Shown here: positions 31,324-42,084 of the stretch, piece by piece | Numbering within the stretch: the first letter of the stretch is position 1 | How the letters are laid out: each line of letters begins with the position of its first letter | NCBI GenBank assembly: GCA_963808535.1 | Contig: CAWEGF010000015.1 | Span: 22,526-86,525 of the forward strand | From: an uncultured Verrucomicrobiae bacterium | GTDB taxonomy: Bacteria; Verrucomicrobiota; Verrucomicrobiia; Chthoniobacterales; JAFAMB01 | Length of the DNA stretch: 64,000 nucleotides | Reading direction: 5' to 3' | Translations under genes and position numbers: made by a program | Notes under the pieces: generated by a model | Told to the model about the DNA's origin: nothing | The model's input: only the letters and a program-made list of their open reading frames with translations | The model's database searches: none

Positions 31324-32148
31324 ATGACCGCTCCCGTTCCTCCACAGATCCAGTTGGAGAAGACTTACGATGCCGCCGCAGACCACTATGATCATCCCGC
31401 TTTATCGTTCTGGGATCGGTTCGGCAGGCGCACCGTTGAGCGGTTGTCGCTCGTATCCGGTATGGAGGTGCTGGATGTCTGTTGCGGCATGGGTGGATCC
31501 GCCTTGCCGGCCGCGCAACAGGTCGGACCAACTGGTAAAGTAGTCGCTATCGACCTGGCGCAAAACCTCCTGAATAAAGGAATCAAAAGGGCGGAAAGCT
31601 TTTTGCTGACCAATATCGATTACCGCCGCGGGGATCTGGAGACCCTTCCCTTCGCCGATCAATCCTTTGATGCGGTGATATGTGTTTTTGGAATCTTCTT
31701 CGTTCCGGATCTCTCCGGGACCATCCGAGGGCTATGGCGCCTGGTGCGCCCGGATGGACTCCTGGCGATCACCATCTGGGGAGCGAACACGTTCGAGCCC
31801 GCCGACGCGATTTTCTGGGAAGCGGTTCGCCAGGAAGATCCTGAACTGTTAAAATCTATCAAGTCCTGGAGTAAGATCGTCGAACCGGATCCACTCTGTG
31901 CGCTTCTGGTTGAGTGCGGAGTAGACGAGCCTAACGTTGCGGCAGAACCTGGATCCCACCAACTCGATAGTCCCGAGGATTGGTGGACCATCATCATGGG
32001 TTCTGGATACCGTTCAACCGTCGAGGCGCTCTCGCCGATGAACCAAGAAAAGGTCAGACTGTCGACCATTGAAGGGGTAAGGCAGAATCGCATTGAGGAA
32101 GTGCGCACCGACGTCATTTACGCGGTCGGACGGAAGCGAAAGGGGTAG
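31324..32148 (+). CDS. Class I SAM-dependent methyltransferase (UbiE-like)
   Basis: VLDVCCGMG, AIDLA, LPFADQSFDAV. Confidence 0.9.
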   Translation: MTAPVPPQIQLEKTYDAAADHYDHPALSFWDRFGRRTVERLSLVSGMEVLDVCCGMGGSALPAAQQVGPTGKVVAIDLAQNLLNKGIKRAESFLLTNIDYRRGDLETLPFADQSFDAVICVFGIFFVPDLSGTIRGLWRLVRPDGLLAITIWGANTFEPADAIFWEAVRQEDPELLKSIKSWSKIVEPDPLCALLVECGVDEPNVAAEPGSHQLDSPEDWWTIIMGSGYRSTVEALSPMNQEKVRLSTIEGVRQNRIEEVRTDVIYAVGRKRKG

Positions 32149-32149
32149 C

Positions 32150-32295
32150 GCCCCGAGCAAGGGGCTATGGAAGCCCAGCCCAGGTTTTGAGGTCCCAGGG
32201 CGGAACAGCCTGATCGTAGCCAGGCACTTCGTGCCAGGCTACGTCGCAACGTCCCTCCGGGACCGAAATACATTCTCCGCGCCGAGGCTTTGATG
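32150..32295. repeat. Family-A REP fragment followed by a truncated family-B element
   Basis: ggggctatggaagcccagcccagg, then gatcgtagccaggcacttcgtgccaggctacg..gtccctccgggaccgaaatacatt. Confidence 0.7.
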
Positions 32296-32392
32296 ACATT
32301 TAGCCGCGGCCAGTTTGCCGTTCCAGACGACGATTAATTTGGACACTTCAGCGCCAAAGGCTTAGCACTTTCGTACTTCTAAAAACATCGGC

Positions 32393-33968
32393 GTGGTTAC
32401 CTTCGAATTGATCATCAGCATGCTGCTAGTGGGCGCGCTCCTGGCCGCTCTAGCCCGCCGGCTCAAAACTCCTTATCCTGTTCTACTGGCCGGCTTCGGA
32501 GCGGTTTTGGCCTTTGCTCCGAACGTACCCGATCTGACCATCCCTCCGGAACTCGTCCTGGCCCTGTTTGTCGCTCCCGTCCTGGTCGATGCGGCCTACG
32601 ACGCTTCTCTGCGAGATCTGCGAGATAACTGGCGACCGGTCGCCAATCTGGCGCTCGTCACGGTATTCCTGACCATCGCCGGCGTGGCGATCGTCGTGCA
32701 CTGGCTGGTCCCCGATATTCCTTGGGCAGTGGCAGTGACCCTCGGCGCGATCGTCGCGCCCCCGGATGCTTCCGCCGCCACCGCAGTACTCAGCGAATTG
32801 AGGCCGCCGCATCGCGTGATGGTCATTTTGGAGGGCGAAAGTCTTTTCAATGACGCCAGCGCACTGTTGATTTACCGCGTCGCCATCGGAGTAGTCATGA
32901 CGGGCAGGCTTTACGGAGCGATTCCCGGCATGGCGTTCGCGGCGGTTGGGAGCGCCGTTTTGGGCTTGTCGCTAGGACGCCTCTATATGGTCGTTTCGGA
33001 TCGTCTACAGCACATCGCGACGACGATCCTGATGCAATTTCTTTCGGTCTTTCTAGTCTGGATCCTGGCCGAGCGCCTAGGCCTTTCCGGAATCATCACC
33101 ATAGTCTGCTACGCCATCATGGTGGCTCAAATTTCCCCGACTCAAACGCACGCCCGATTGCGCATCCCCTCGTATGCGGTCTGGGAGGTCGTCGTATTTA
33201 TCCTCAATCTCCTGGTCTTCATCCTGGTTGGCCTGCAGTTAAAACCATTGCTACAGCGGCTTAACCAGGCGGAAATAATCAACTACCTGGCTGTGGGCGC
33301 CGCCGTCTGCGCCACGACGATTTTAATCAGAATCGCCTGGGTGATGACCTATAACACACTGGTCCGATGGAAAAATAAACGTTACGGAGCGAATCTTCCT
33401 CGCCCGATGATGCTGCCGACTTTCCAAAGGTGGCTTGATCGTCTCCTGGTGCGGAATGCGTGGTATCGTAACCCTCGCCGCGGCTCTCGCCCTGCCGGAT
33501 GGCCTCAACGGAGAGCCTTCCTTTCCCTATCGCGACCTTTTGCTATTCTCCGCGTTTTGCGTGGTCCTTGGCACGTTAATTATCCAGGGGCTAACTCTAC
33601 GCCCTTTGCTTTTTGCTCTCGCGATCAAAGAAGACAAAACCGTCGATCGCGAAGCGGGCCTCGCCCGAACCGAAGCCGCCAAGGCCGCACTGCGGGCTCT
33701 CGATGAAGAACCTGCTTCGACCGCTACAGAAGCCGTCCGCCGAGAATATGAGGCGCGCCTCCAAAGAATTCAGTCCGGAGGAGTCGCCAAGGAAGGCCAG
33801 CCCGCCTCCGAACTCGGGAGCGCCCAGCATCATGCCATCCTGGCGGAGCGCCGTGCCTTGGCCGCCCTGCGGGCCCGCGGGGAAATCGGCGACGATGCCT
33901 TTCACCGTGTCGAAGAGGAACTCGATTGGGCGGAGGTCCACGTTGCTCGGCAGTCCTCCCCGAACTGA
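32393..33968 (+). CDS. CPA1 Na+/H+ antiporter (NhaP/YjcE-like); frameshift near 33425
   Basis: GAIVAPPDA, LEGESLFNDA; second part has WCGMRGIVTLAAAL, QGLTLRPL, EEELD. Confidence 0.9.
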
Positions 33969-33981
33969 ATGAGGGTATTCC

Positions 33982-34111
33982 CTCCCCCAATCGTCCTCGT
34001 CGTCGTCTCGTCCTCGTTCTCGATTTTTCGGCGGTGCGAATTGTCGACGCGACCCCACCGCACCCCAGAAGATCGAGAACGAAGGACGACGACGACGAGG
34101 ACGATTGGGAA
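33982..34111. repeat. Inverted repeat built from (gac/gtc)-rich units
   Basis: ccaatcgtcctcgtcgtcgtc..tcgttctcgat vs atcgagaacgaaggacgacgacgacgaggacgattgg; related stretch at ~58.29-58.47 kb. Confidence 0.75.
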
Positions 34112-34120
34112 GAGAATGCC

Positions 34121-35221
34121 CTACGCCGATGACCGTCCCCCACACGATTCACGGACCACCAACCGGCAATCGAGGAGGATATCGCGTCTTGGCGTTTCGG
34201 GCGAGGCGATCCGCTCTAACATTGACGCGACAGCTGCGGCCCCTATCTCGCGACAAGGCTGGTGGACAGTCGTCAATGGAACCGGCAGAAGGCTGGCGTA
34301 TTGGACATCATCGATTCCGACAATCCGCACATCGCCCGGGATCTGATGGCCCAGCTCGAGAAGGGTGTGCATGACCTGTCCAGCGGTTCGATCGTTGGCG
34401 CAAACAATGGCTTCCGGTTTAAACTTTTCCACAATTCCCCCCAGATCAGCGGACCCGGTCCCTGGCAATCGCCAAACCAAGGAGGGTTCAAGCGGCGCGT
34501 CCCCAGCAAACAAGGCCTCCCGGTAACCGGCAATTCTGGCTTCCACCGTCGAGGCGGAATTCGTATAGGCGACAAAGGCAATACGCTGACAGCCCAGTTT
34601 CAGCAAATGTTCGGTGGCGATGAATCCCGCTCGACGATGGTCGATGGCCACCAGGTCATACGGACTGCTGCTGGGATATGGCAAAAAATTGCGATCGAGC
34701 AAAACAATCGGGATGCCCGCCTCGGCCAACACCGCCACTGCTGCCTGATTGATCCGGTCATTCTGCGGGGTTCGCTCCAGGGGTGCAAAAAACACCCCAG
34801 CCACTTTTTTCGCGGCGTACTGGCGGCAGAGGTCCAAGGTTTGAGTTTCTTTCTCTTCCGAAGTGGGCGTGGTATCTCCCCAGAGCAACGCATGCTTGCG
34901 CTGCTGGGAAGATTCCGCCATCCCTTGGCAAATCGGCCCAAAAATTTCCGTCTCGCCCAAGTTTGGAATCAACAATCCAAATAAAAGGCTGGCCCCAACC
35001 GCGCCACCCTGGGTCACATAAGTACCTGATCCGGCACGCCGTTGCACCAGGCCGCGCTGCTGCAACTCATGCAGAGCCCGGATCACGGTGATCCGCGACG
35101 TAGCAAATTCGTCCAGCAAATGCGCCTCACTGGGAAGCTTCTGACCCGCCTCATAACGCCCGGACAAAATGGCCTCTTTGAGCGCCTCAAAGACCTGTTG
35201 ATACTTCGGTTTCCGGATCAT
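34121..35221 (-). CDS. GntR-wHTH/LacI-effector fusion regulator (AraR-like)
   Basis: KLPSE..SRITVIRAL..GSGTYV, then AIVCAND, IVGIDD, LTTVHQP, LVVRESC. Confidence 0.92.
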   Translation of the reverse strand: MIRKPKYQQVFEALKEAILSGRYEAGQKLPSEAHLLDEFATSRITVIRALHELQQRGLVQRRAGSGTYVTQGGAVGASLLFGLLIPNLGETEIFGPICQGMAESSQQRKHALLWGDTTPTSEEKETQTLDLCRQYAAKKVAGVFFAPLERTPQNDRINQAAVAVLAEAGIPIVLLDRNFLPYPSSSPYDLVAIDHRRAGFIATEHLLKLGCQRIAFVAYTNSASTVEARIAGYREALFAGDAPLEPSLVWRLPGTGSADLGGIVEKFKPEAIVCANDRTAGQVMHTLLELGHQIPGDVRIVGIDDVQYASLLPVPLTTVHQPCREIGAAAVASMLERIASPETPRRDILLDCRLVVRESCGGRSSA

Positions 35222-35413
35222 CCAAAGATAATATAACAGGTTTTGTCCCTGATTCCCACTAAAAATCTCCGATTGGTTGGATGGTCCAGTTTATTTCAAA
35301 GAAAAAGAAGAGTCCGGAGCCGCTCGTCCAATCTGTAACCTAATATATTTAGAAATATCTTTGCTTTTATCTTATGTTGATGCTAATCAAATATATTATA
35401 TAAGTAAATTATC

Positions 35414-36268
35414 ATGAATTTATCTGCCGATCTGTGTCCTCTGGAGGTGGTTTGTCGAACCGTGGCACCCGATGAAGCGATCGAATGGCATACCCATTTG
35501 CATCCCGAATTCTGCTTGCTTCTTGAGGGCTCACCGATCGTCGGACGGGCCGGCCGTAAACTTGTCCCGGAGACCGACACCTTGTTCCTGTTCAAGGAAG
35601 GGGAAACCCACGGGATTTGGAATTCCGCGCCTGCCAAGGCCCGCCTCTGGTTGGTAGAGTTTCAGGTCAATTCTGCTCCGCGAGAACAATTCACCGACCT
35701 TTTCGAACGCCGAACCGAAGAGCGGTTCATGAAACTCTCTGCCGGCCAGCGCCACCGATTTAACAGCGCATGTCAACGTCTGACCTTCGAGAAAAAAGAT
35801 TCTGGGTGCCTGAACGCGCTCGCCGCCTCTGCCTGGCTGACTCTGCTGCTGGTCGATGTCACGCGCTGGCTGTTGGCCAAGCGCAACTTCGATTTCGTGG
35901 ACGGGAAGGAAGAAATTGATCCCCAATGCTTCGAACTATGGCAAAAAATCCATCGCCAGGTTTTTCAACCGGCTTCGACCGGACCGATGCTGTTCGGTCT
36001 CAACCCCTGTCACGATTCCCTGCGCCACCGATTTCGAAAAATATTTGGGATCTCGCCCCAAGGGATGCTCCTGCAACTGCGGATGGAGCGGGCCAAGGAA
36101 TTATTGCGGACCAGCAATCTTTCGGTCAAAGAGATCGCCCAGGAACTTGGCTATTCGAGACAACACGATCTTACTCGGGCGTTTCACAAGTCCATCGGCA
36201 CCAGTCCAAGCGAATGGAAAATGCGCTCCAACGGATTTGAATCGCCAAGCGCGCGAAATGGGCATTAA
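35414..36268 (+). CDS. AraC family regulator with cupin sensor domain
   Basis: WHTHLHPEF; RMERAKELL..SVKEIAQELGY..FHKSIGTSPSEW. Confidence 0.9.
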   Translation: MNLSADLCPLEVVCRTVAPDEAIEWHTHLHPEFCLLLEGSPIVGRAGRKLVPETDTLFLFKEGETHGIWNSAPAKARLWLVEFQVNSAPREQFTDLFERRTEERFMKLSAGQRHRFNSACQRLTFEKKDSGCLNALAASAWLTLLLVDVTRWLLAKRNFDFVDGKEEIDPQCFELWQKIHRQVFQPASTGPMLFGLNPCHDSLRHRFRKIFGISPQGMLLQLRMERAKELLRTSNLSVKEIAQELGYSRQHDLTRAFHKSIGTSPSEWKMRSNGFESPSARNGH

Positions 36269-36546
36269 CTTTAACACACTGGAAGGTCTTCACCTTCCGA
36301 TTCCGATATATTCCGGAAATGCGAAATACTTTTCCCGACATGGTAAAGACGTTCACACCGGTAAAAGCTAAACAAGAAACCGAATGCGTATTGTTGCAGG
36401 CCAATTAACTGGGGGCCGGCGTCTCTGCTTCGGCAGAGGCGCTCCCCTCGGGGCATTGAAATAAGACGCGCGATCATCACCTTCGCCTGAAATCACTCCT
36501 TTGACCTAACTTTCCTAGTTGTCACTTATCTAATAACCCCCTGAAC

Positions 36547-37503
36547 ATGAATATCTCTACCCCAGCCCGCTTCGGGCTTAAAACAGCTTGCGGATTGCTC
36601 CTGGCTATTAGCCTGACCACTCCTCTTCTCGCGCAGAAAAAACTTAGTACCGTGTCGGTAACGGTGGGAGACCTTGGTAACCCATTTTTCGTCCAGATCG
36701 CCCACGGAGCGGAAGCGGCCGCGAAAAAAATTAATTCCGGCGTCAAATTCCAATCTGAATCCAGTAACTACGATGTTAACAATCAGACCAACCAAATGGA
36801 TAACTTTGTCGCCTCCGGGGCCAATCTTATCCTTTTGAACGCCGCGGATAGCAAAGGGATTGCGCCGGCGGTGATGCGCGCGAAGACGTCGGGAGTCACC
36901 GTGGTGGCCGTTGACGTGGGGGCGGAAGGCGGAGTGGACGCTACCGTGACCTCCAATAACAAGCAGGCTGGTCAATTGGACGGCAAATTTGTCGCCGACC
37001 GGTTGAAAGGCAAAGGTAATATCGTGATTGTCAACGGACCGCCCGTCACTGCGGTGACCGACCGGGTGGCCGGATTTCTCGAGGAGATCAAGAAGTCTCC
37101 GGGTATTAAGATCCTCTCGCAGGATCAGAACGCCGGGGGCAGCCGTGACGGCGGGCTCCGGGTGATGACCGATTTGTTAACCGCCTTTCCAAAGATCGAT
37201 GCGGTGTTCGCGATTAACGATCCGACGGCCATCGGCTGCGATCTAGCGGCCAAGCAGGCGCAAAGAAAAGACTTCTTTATCGTCGGCGTCGATGGGGCAC
37301 CCGATGTGGTGCCTTCGCTGAAAGACAAAGATAGCCTGATTGCCGCCAGTGCCGCTCAGGATCCGTATACGATGGCCGGCAAAGCAGTGGAGATTGGTAA
37401 CGACATTATGAATGGTAAGAAGCCGGCGCAGGAACTAACTCTCATCCCGGTAGACCTGATCACCAAAGACAATGTCGACCAGTACAAAGGCTGGACCAAG
37501 TAG
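36547..37503 (+). CDS. Ribose-type (CUT2) ABC substrate-binding protein
   Basis: NPFF, VVAVD, VFAIND, VGVDG, AQDP; first gene of ABC operon. Confidence 0.92.
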   Translation: MNISTPARFGLKTACGLLLAISLTTPLLAQKKLSTVSVTVGDLGNPFFVQIAHGAEAAAKKINSGVKFQSESSNYDVNNQTNQMDNFVASGANLILLNAADSKGIAPAVMRAKTSGVTVVAVDVGAEGGVDATVTSNNKQAGQLDGKFVADRLKGKGNIVIVNGPPVTAVTDRVAGFLEEIKKSPGIKILSQDQNAGGSRDGGLRVMTDLLTAFPKIDAVFAINDPTAIGCDLAAKQAQRKDFFIVGVDGAPDVVPSLKDKDSLIAASAAQDPYTMAGKAVEIGNDIMNGKKPAQELTLIPVDLITKDNVDQYKGWTK

Positions 37504-39032
37504 GAGCGATCGGCCGATCCTGGAAGTACGTCAGATCTGCAAAAGCTTTCCTGGCGTACGCGTTCTTAAGAGCGTCAATCTGAGTATTTGGCCCGGTGAA
37601 GTGCACGCCTTTATGGGCGAGAACGGCGCCGGCAAGAGTACGCTCATGAAGATCCTGGCGGGGGCCTATCGTCCGGACTCGGGTGAAATCGTGCTGGACG
37701 GTAAGACCGTCCAGTTCCGAACTCCGCAAGAGGCACGACTGGCGGGGATTGGGATCATCTACCAGGAATTGACGGTGGCGCCGAACTTGACGGTAAGCGG
37801 CAACGTCTTTCTGGGCGCCGAGCTTAAACGCCTGGGGTTCATCAAAGACACCGCTGAGATGGATCGGAAAACCCAGCAGGTGTTAGATCGGCTCGGGAGC
37901 CAGGTTTAAAGCCACTGAGCGGGCGGCACACCTAGCGGTGGCCGAGCAACAGCAGGTGGAGATCGCCCGCGCTCTATTCTATAAAAGCCGGGTCCTGGTG
38001 ATGGATGAACCAACGGCGGCTCTTTCCGATCGGGAAACTGAGCATCTGTTCGCCGTGGTCCGTCAACTTCGTTCGGAAGGAATGGCCATTATCTACATCA
38101 GCCATCGCATGGCCGAGGTTTATGAACTGGCCGACCGGCTCTCGGTTTTGCGTGACGGCGAATACGTCGGCGAACTGAAGCGGGGAGAGTTCTCCGCCGA
38201 CAAAGTCATTGAGATGATGGTCGGACGGCGACTGGAAGATTTCTACGAACACAAAAAACATTCGGCGGGCCGCCTGGTTCTGGAAGTCAAAAGCATGTCC
38301 GATGACCACGGCCGGGTAAAGAATGCCAGTTTCCAACTCCGGCAGGGCGAAGTCTTGGGATTGGCAGGATTAGTCGGAGCGGGCAGAACCGAGCTCGCCC
38401 GGTTGATCTTCGGGGCTGACAAACGCCGGTCAGGCGAGGTTTACCTGGATGGAAAAAAACTTCAGATCAACCAGCCCAAAGATGCCATCCGCGCCGGGAT
38501 TGGCTACGTCCCGGAAGATCGCAAGCTCCAGGGCGTTTTTCTCCAGATGTCTTCCGGAGAAAACATCACGATGAACATTTTAGGGCGATGTGCGACCGGC
38601 GGCGTCCTCGACTTCAAAAAGTTGACGGATCGGGCAGATGCGGAAGTGAAGGCGATGCGAGTCCGGACCGCTTCGCTGAAGCAGCGAGCCGGTGGACTTT
38701 CCGGCGGTAACCAGCAGAAGCTTCTCTTGGCTCGTTGGCTCGAAATAAACCCGCGGGTCCTGATTCTGGACGAACCCACCCGCGGAGTCGATGTCGGAGC
38801 CAAAGCCGAGATTTATGCGTTGATCCAGCAATTACTCGAGAAAGGGATGGCCGTTCTTTTCATTTCCAGTGAATTGGCGGAAATCGTGGGCGTTTGCGAC
38901 CGCGTCTTAGTCATGAGGGAGGGAGAAATCACCGGCGAAGTGGGCGGCGAGACCGGTGTCGAAATCACTCAACAGAACATTATGAAGTTTGCCACCGACG
39001 TCATCCGGAGTGCATCACCCAATGGCCACTGA
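37472..39032 (+). CDS. RbsA-like tandem sugar ABC ATPase; frameshift near 37905
   Basis: [34 protein letters not shown]. Confidence 0.92.
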
Positions 39033-40014
39033 AGCTACCATAGAGACTTCCGCCCTGGCGGCGGCTAAGCGAAAAGAATTTACCAGATCGATGATTGAGC
39101 TGGCTGGGATGCTTCCGGTCCTGATCGTCATCTGTATTCTCTTTGCCGTTCTGACCCCGAATTTTCTGACTCAGAACAACATGGTCAACGTCGTCCGTCA
39201 GGCCTCCATCAACATCGTCCTGGCCGCGGGAATGACCTTTGTGATTTTGACGGGAGGCATTGATTTAGCAGTTGGGTCGGTACTCGGTTTTACCGCCGTA
39301 ATCGCGGTCGTCGTTTCAGTCATTCCCGGTTTAAGTGGATTGGCCGTTCCGGCCGCGTTGTTAGCCGGGTTGCTAGTCGGAGTGTTGACCGGCGCGACGG
39401 TGGCCTACATCGGGCTGCCTCCGTTTATCGTCACTCTGGGAACTTACACCGCGATCCGTGGGGCCGCGTATCTAGCGGCAGGTGGAACCACGGTCATTAA
39501 TAGCAAGATCGGTTTTGCCTGGATTGGCAATGGCTACCTCGGACCGGTTCCTTGGCTAGTGGTAATCGCTCTTTTGGTCATCGCGATCAGTGCCTTCATT
39601 CTGCACCGAACGGTTTTGGGGGTGCACATCTATGCGGTCGGGGGTAACGCGCAGGCCGCACGATTGACCGGCATTCCCGTTCCTTTTGTCCTGATTTTTG
39701 CTTATGGCGTCAGTGGGCTTCTTTCCGGACTGGGCGGGGTCATGAGCGCCAGCCGACTCTACAGCGCGCAGGGCCAATTAGGTATCGGCTACGAACTGGA
39801 TGCCATCGCCGCGGTAATTCTGGGAGGCACCAGTTTCGTCGGCGGGATCGGAACTGTTTTTGGAACGTTGATTGGGGCCTTGATTATCGCCGTTCTGAAC
39901 AACGGGCTAACCTTGATGAACGTTTCCTTTTATTGGCAGTTAGTCATTAAGGGAGCGGTCATTATTCTGGCCGTAATGCTGGACAAACTGCGAACGCGCG
40001 GCCAAGCCGGATAA
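39022..40014 (+). CDS. RbsC-like sugar ABC permease
   Basis: [34 protein letters not shown]. Confidence 0.93.
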   Translation: MATEATIETSALAAAKRKEFTRSMIELAGMLPVLIVICILFAVLTPNFLTQNNMVNVVRQASINIVLAAGMTFVILTGGIDLAVGSVLGFTAVIAVVVSVIPGLSGLAVPAALLAGLLVGVLTGATVAYIGLPPFIVTLGTYTAIRGAAYLAAGGTTVINSKIGFAWIGNGYLGPVPWLVVIALLVIAISAFILHRTVLGVHIYAVGGNAQAARLTGIPVPFVLIFAYGVSGLLSGLGGVMSASRLYSAQGQLGIGYELDAIAAVILGGTSFVGGIGTVFGTLIGALIIAVLNNGLTLMNVSFYWQLVIKGAVIILAVMLDKLRTRGQAG

Positions 40015-40177
40015 ACTCATCCGAGCGAAGAACGGCGTTAATAGCGACAACGGGAATGGACGTGCCAAAACCCGAACCGGTGCTAGACCGGATGGAACGG
40101 ATCTTTGCAGGTAATCGAGGGCGCTGAAAAAGGGCCGGTTTCGCGGCCAATTCCACTTCGGAATAAGGAAAACCCCC

Positions 40178-41827
40178 ATGGCCAACAAAAACTCGAAAAA
40201 AGAGTTCAACGAACTCGTGACTGCATTCTTTCAAGGAAGGATGAGTCGACGCCGCTTTATTCACCGCTCGGCGCAACTGGGATTGTCCGCCGCATTGGCG
40301 AGTCACCTCGCAACTGCCTTCGCGGCGGCCGATGAGCATCTGGTCGAATCTTCGCCGGGGACCCCCAATGAGTCCCCGGTGACCCAGGAACGCCTCGAAT
40401 ATCTCCGGTCCAAGCCTTACCAGGACAAAACGATTAACGTGATGGTGATCAGATCGGCGGTTGGCGATTGCGTGGAATATCACGCCCCCAGGTGGGAGGA
40501 GGAAACCGGGGCCCACGTCAACATTACCAAGGTTTCCATCGAGACTCTTCACCAGGAGATTTTTGCGGATCTCAAGGGGCCAGGACAGTATGACGCCTAT
40601 CAGACCGCGGCCTGGTTCTACGGGGATTTTTTCACTTCCGACCAGCCGGCGATTGTCGAAATCGCCCCCTTTCTCCAGGATCCCAAATATCCCTTCTGGG
40701 ATCCGGACCAATTCCTGCCGGCCATCAAAACTCTTTATACTTGGCAGGGGAAGCTTTACGGCGTGCTCTTCGACGCCGATGCGCAGATTCTATATTACCG
40801 GAAGGATGTTCTGGCCAACGCGGACTATCAGGAAAAGTTCAAGACTAAACTCGGCTATGATCTACCGAACCCGCCGAAAACGATGTCAGAAATGCATGAC
40901 ATCGCATCCTTTTTTACCGGTTGGGATTGGAACGGGGACGGGAAGGACGACTGGGGAATATCGCTTCACGGTAAGGTGAACGAACAAGGCTTCTTTCATT
41001 TTCTCACCTTGGCGGCGCCTTACGTCATTTCTCCGAGCAATAAGTACTTTTATTTCAATCCGGACGATATGAAACCCCTCATTAACTCCGAGGGGCATCT
41101 CCGGGCCTTGGAAGATTATGTGAAGTTCCTGGCCAACGGCCCGAAGGAACAGATTGACTGGACGTTAGCTCAGGGTTGGAACGTGTTTCTAAGCGGGCAC
41201 GCCGTCATGGAACCGACTTGGGGCGATCTCCCCACTTTGGCGCAGGACCGTGCTCGATCCAGCGTCCAGGGTCGGATCGGGGCAACCATCATTCCTGGCA
41301 CCACGGAAGCGTTCAACCCGCTCACCAACCAGTGGGAAAAAAGTTCGCTCAACACCGTCGGGAATACCAATGGCGGAAGTTGGCATGGTGTAATTTCCCG
41401 GCTCTCCAAACAGCAAGAGGCGGCCTATGATTTCCTGGCGTTCATGGCGAATAAGAAGAATGCCTTTTTCAACGTGACCAACGGGTGGACCGGCGTACAA
41501 CCGGCCATGAAATATGAATACTTCGCTCCGGTGGGAACTGGAATCGTAGCGGAATGGGAAAACCAGGGCTGGGAGAAAGACGATACCATCGCCTATTTAA
41601 ACGCTTACTATGCCAACTTGGTCTTGCCGGCACAGCAACTCTATTTGCGAATCCCCGGAGCGGCAGACTACTGGCATGAACTCGATGTCAGTATTTCCTC
41701 CGTCCTTTCCGGGGCGACCAAACCGAAAGAGGCCCTCGACCATATCTACCAAGCTTGGGAACAGATTACCGAGCGATGCGGCCGGGAGAACCAGAAAAGA
41801 CTTTATGCGGAGTCCTATGCCGGATAG
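40178..41827 (+). CDS. Tat-exported extracellular solute-binding protein (CUT1-like)
   Basis: SRRRFI twin-Arg signal; ILYYRKD, WNGDGKDDWG, LRIPG. Confidence 0.85.
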   Translation: MANKNSKKEFNELVTAFFQGRMSRRRFIHRSAQLGLSAALASHLATAFAAADEHLVESSPGTPNESPVTQERLEYLRSKPYQDKTINVMVIRSAVGDCVEYHAPRWEEETGAHVNITKVSIETLHQEIFADLKGPGQYDAYQTAAWFYGDFFTSDQPAIVEIAPFLQDPKYPFWDPDQFLPAIKTLYTWQGKLYGVLFDADAQILYYRKDVLANADYQEKFKTKLGYDLPNPPKTMSEMHDIASFFTGWDWNGDGKDDWGISLHGKVNEQGFFHFLTLAAPYVISPSNKYFYFNPDDMKPLINSEGHLRALEDYVKFLANGPKEQIDWTLAQGWNVFLSGHAVMEPTWGDLPTLAQDRARSSVQGRIGATIIPGTTEAFNPLTNQWEKSSLNTVGNTNGGSWHGVISRLSKQQEAAYDFLAFMANKKNAFFNVTNGWTGVQPAMKYEYFAPVGTGIVAEWENQGWEKDDTIAYLNAYYANLVLPAQQLYLRIPGAADYWHELDVSISSVLSGATKPKEALDHIYQAWEQITERCGRENQKRLYAESYAG

Positions 41828-42084
41828 CCGGGAGGACCTTTCATTCGCTCGCCAGTCAAGGCGCCGGCCGCGGACTTCTTCGTCACGCTCTCATTTTTCG
41901 CATTTTCTGCCTGACTAGCACTTCGGAATTGGATTTGATGGATAAAAGGGATTGAAGCTTGGTGCCAACACCCCCCGTGTGGTCAAAAACACTCCGTTGA
42001 GCAGCGCAGGCGCAGGGCAAAAAGAATGCGATCGGCACGAATGTGAACTCGATTTGACGATCATCATACCAACCAAAAGCAGCT

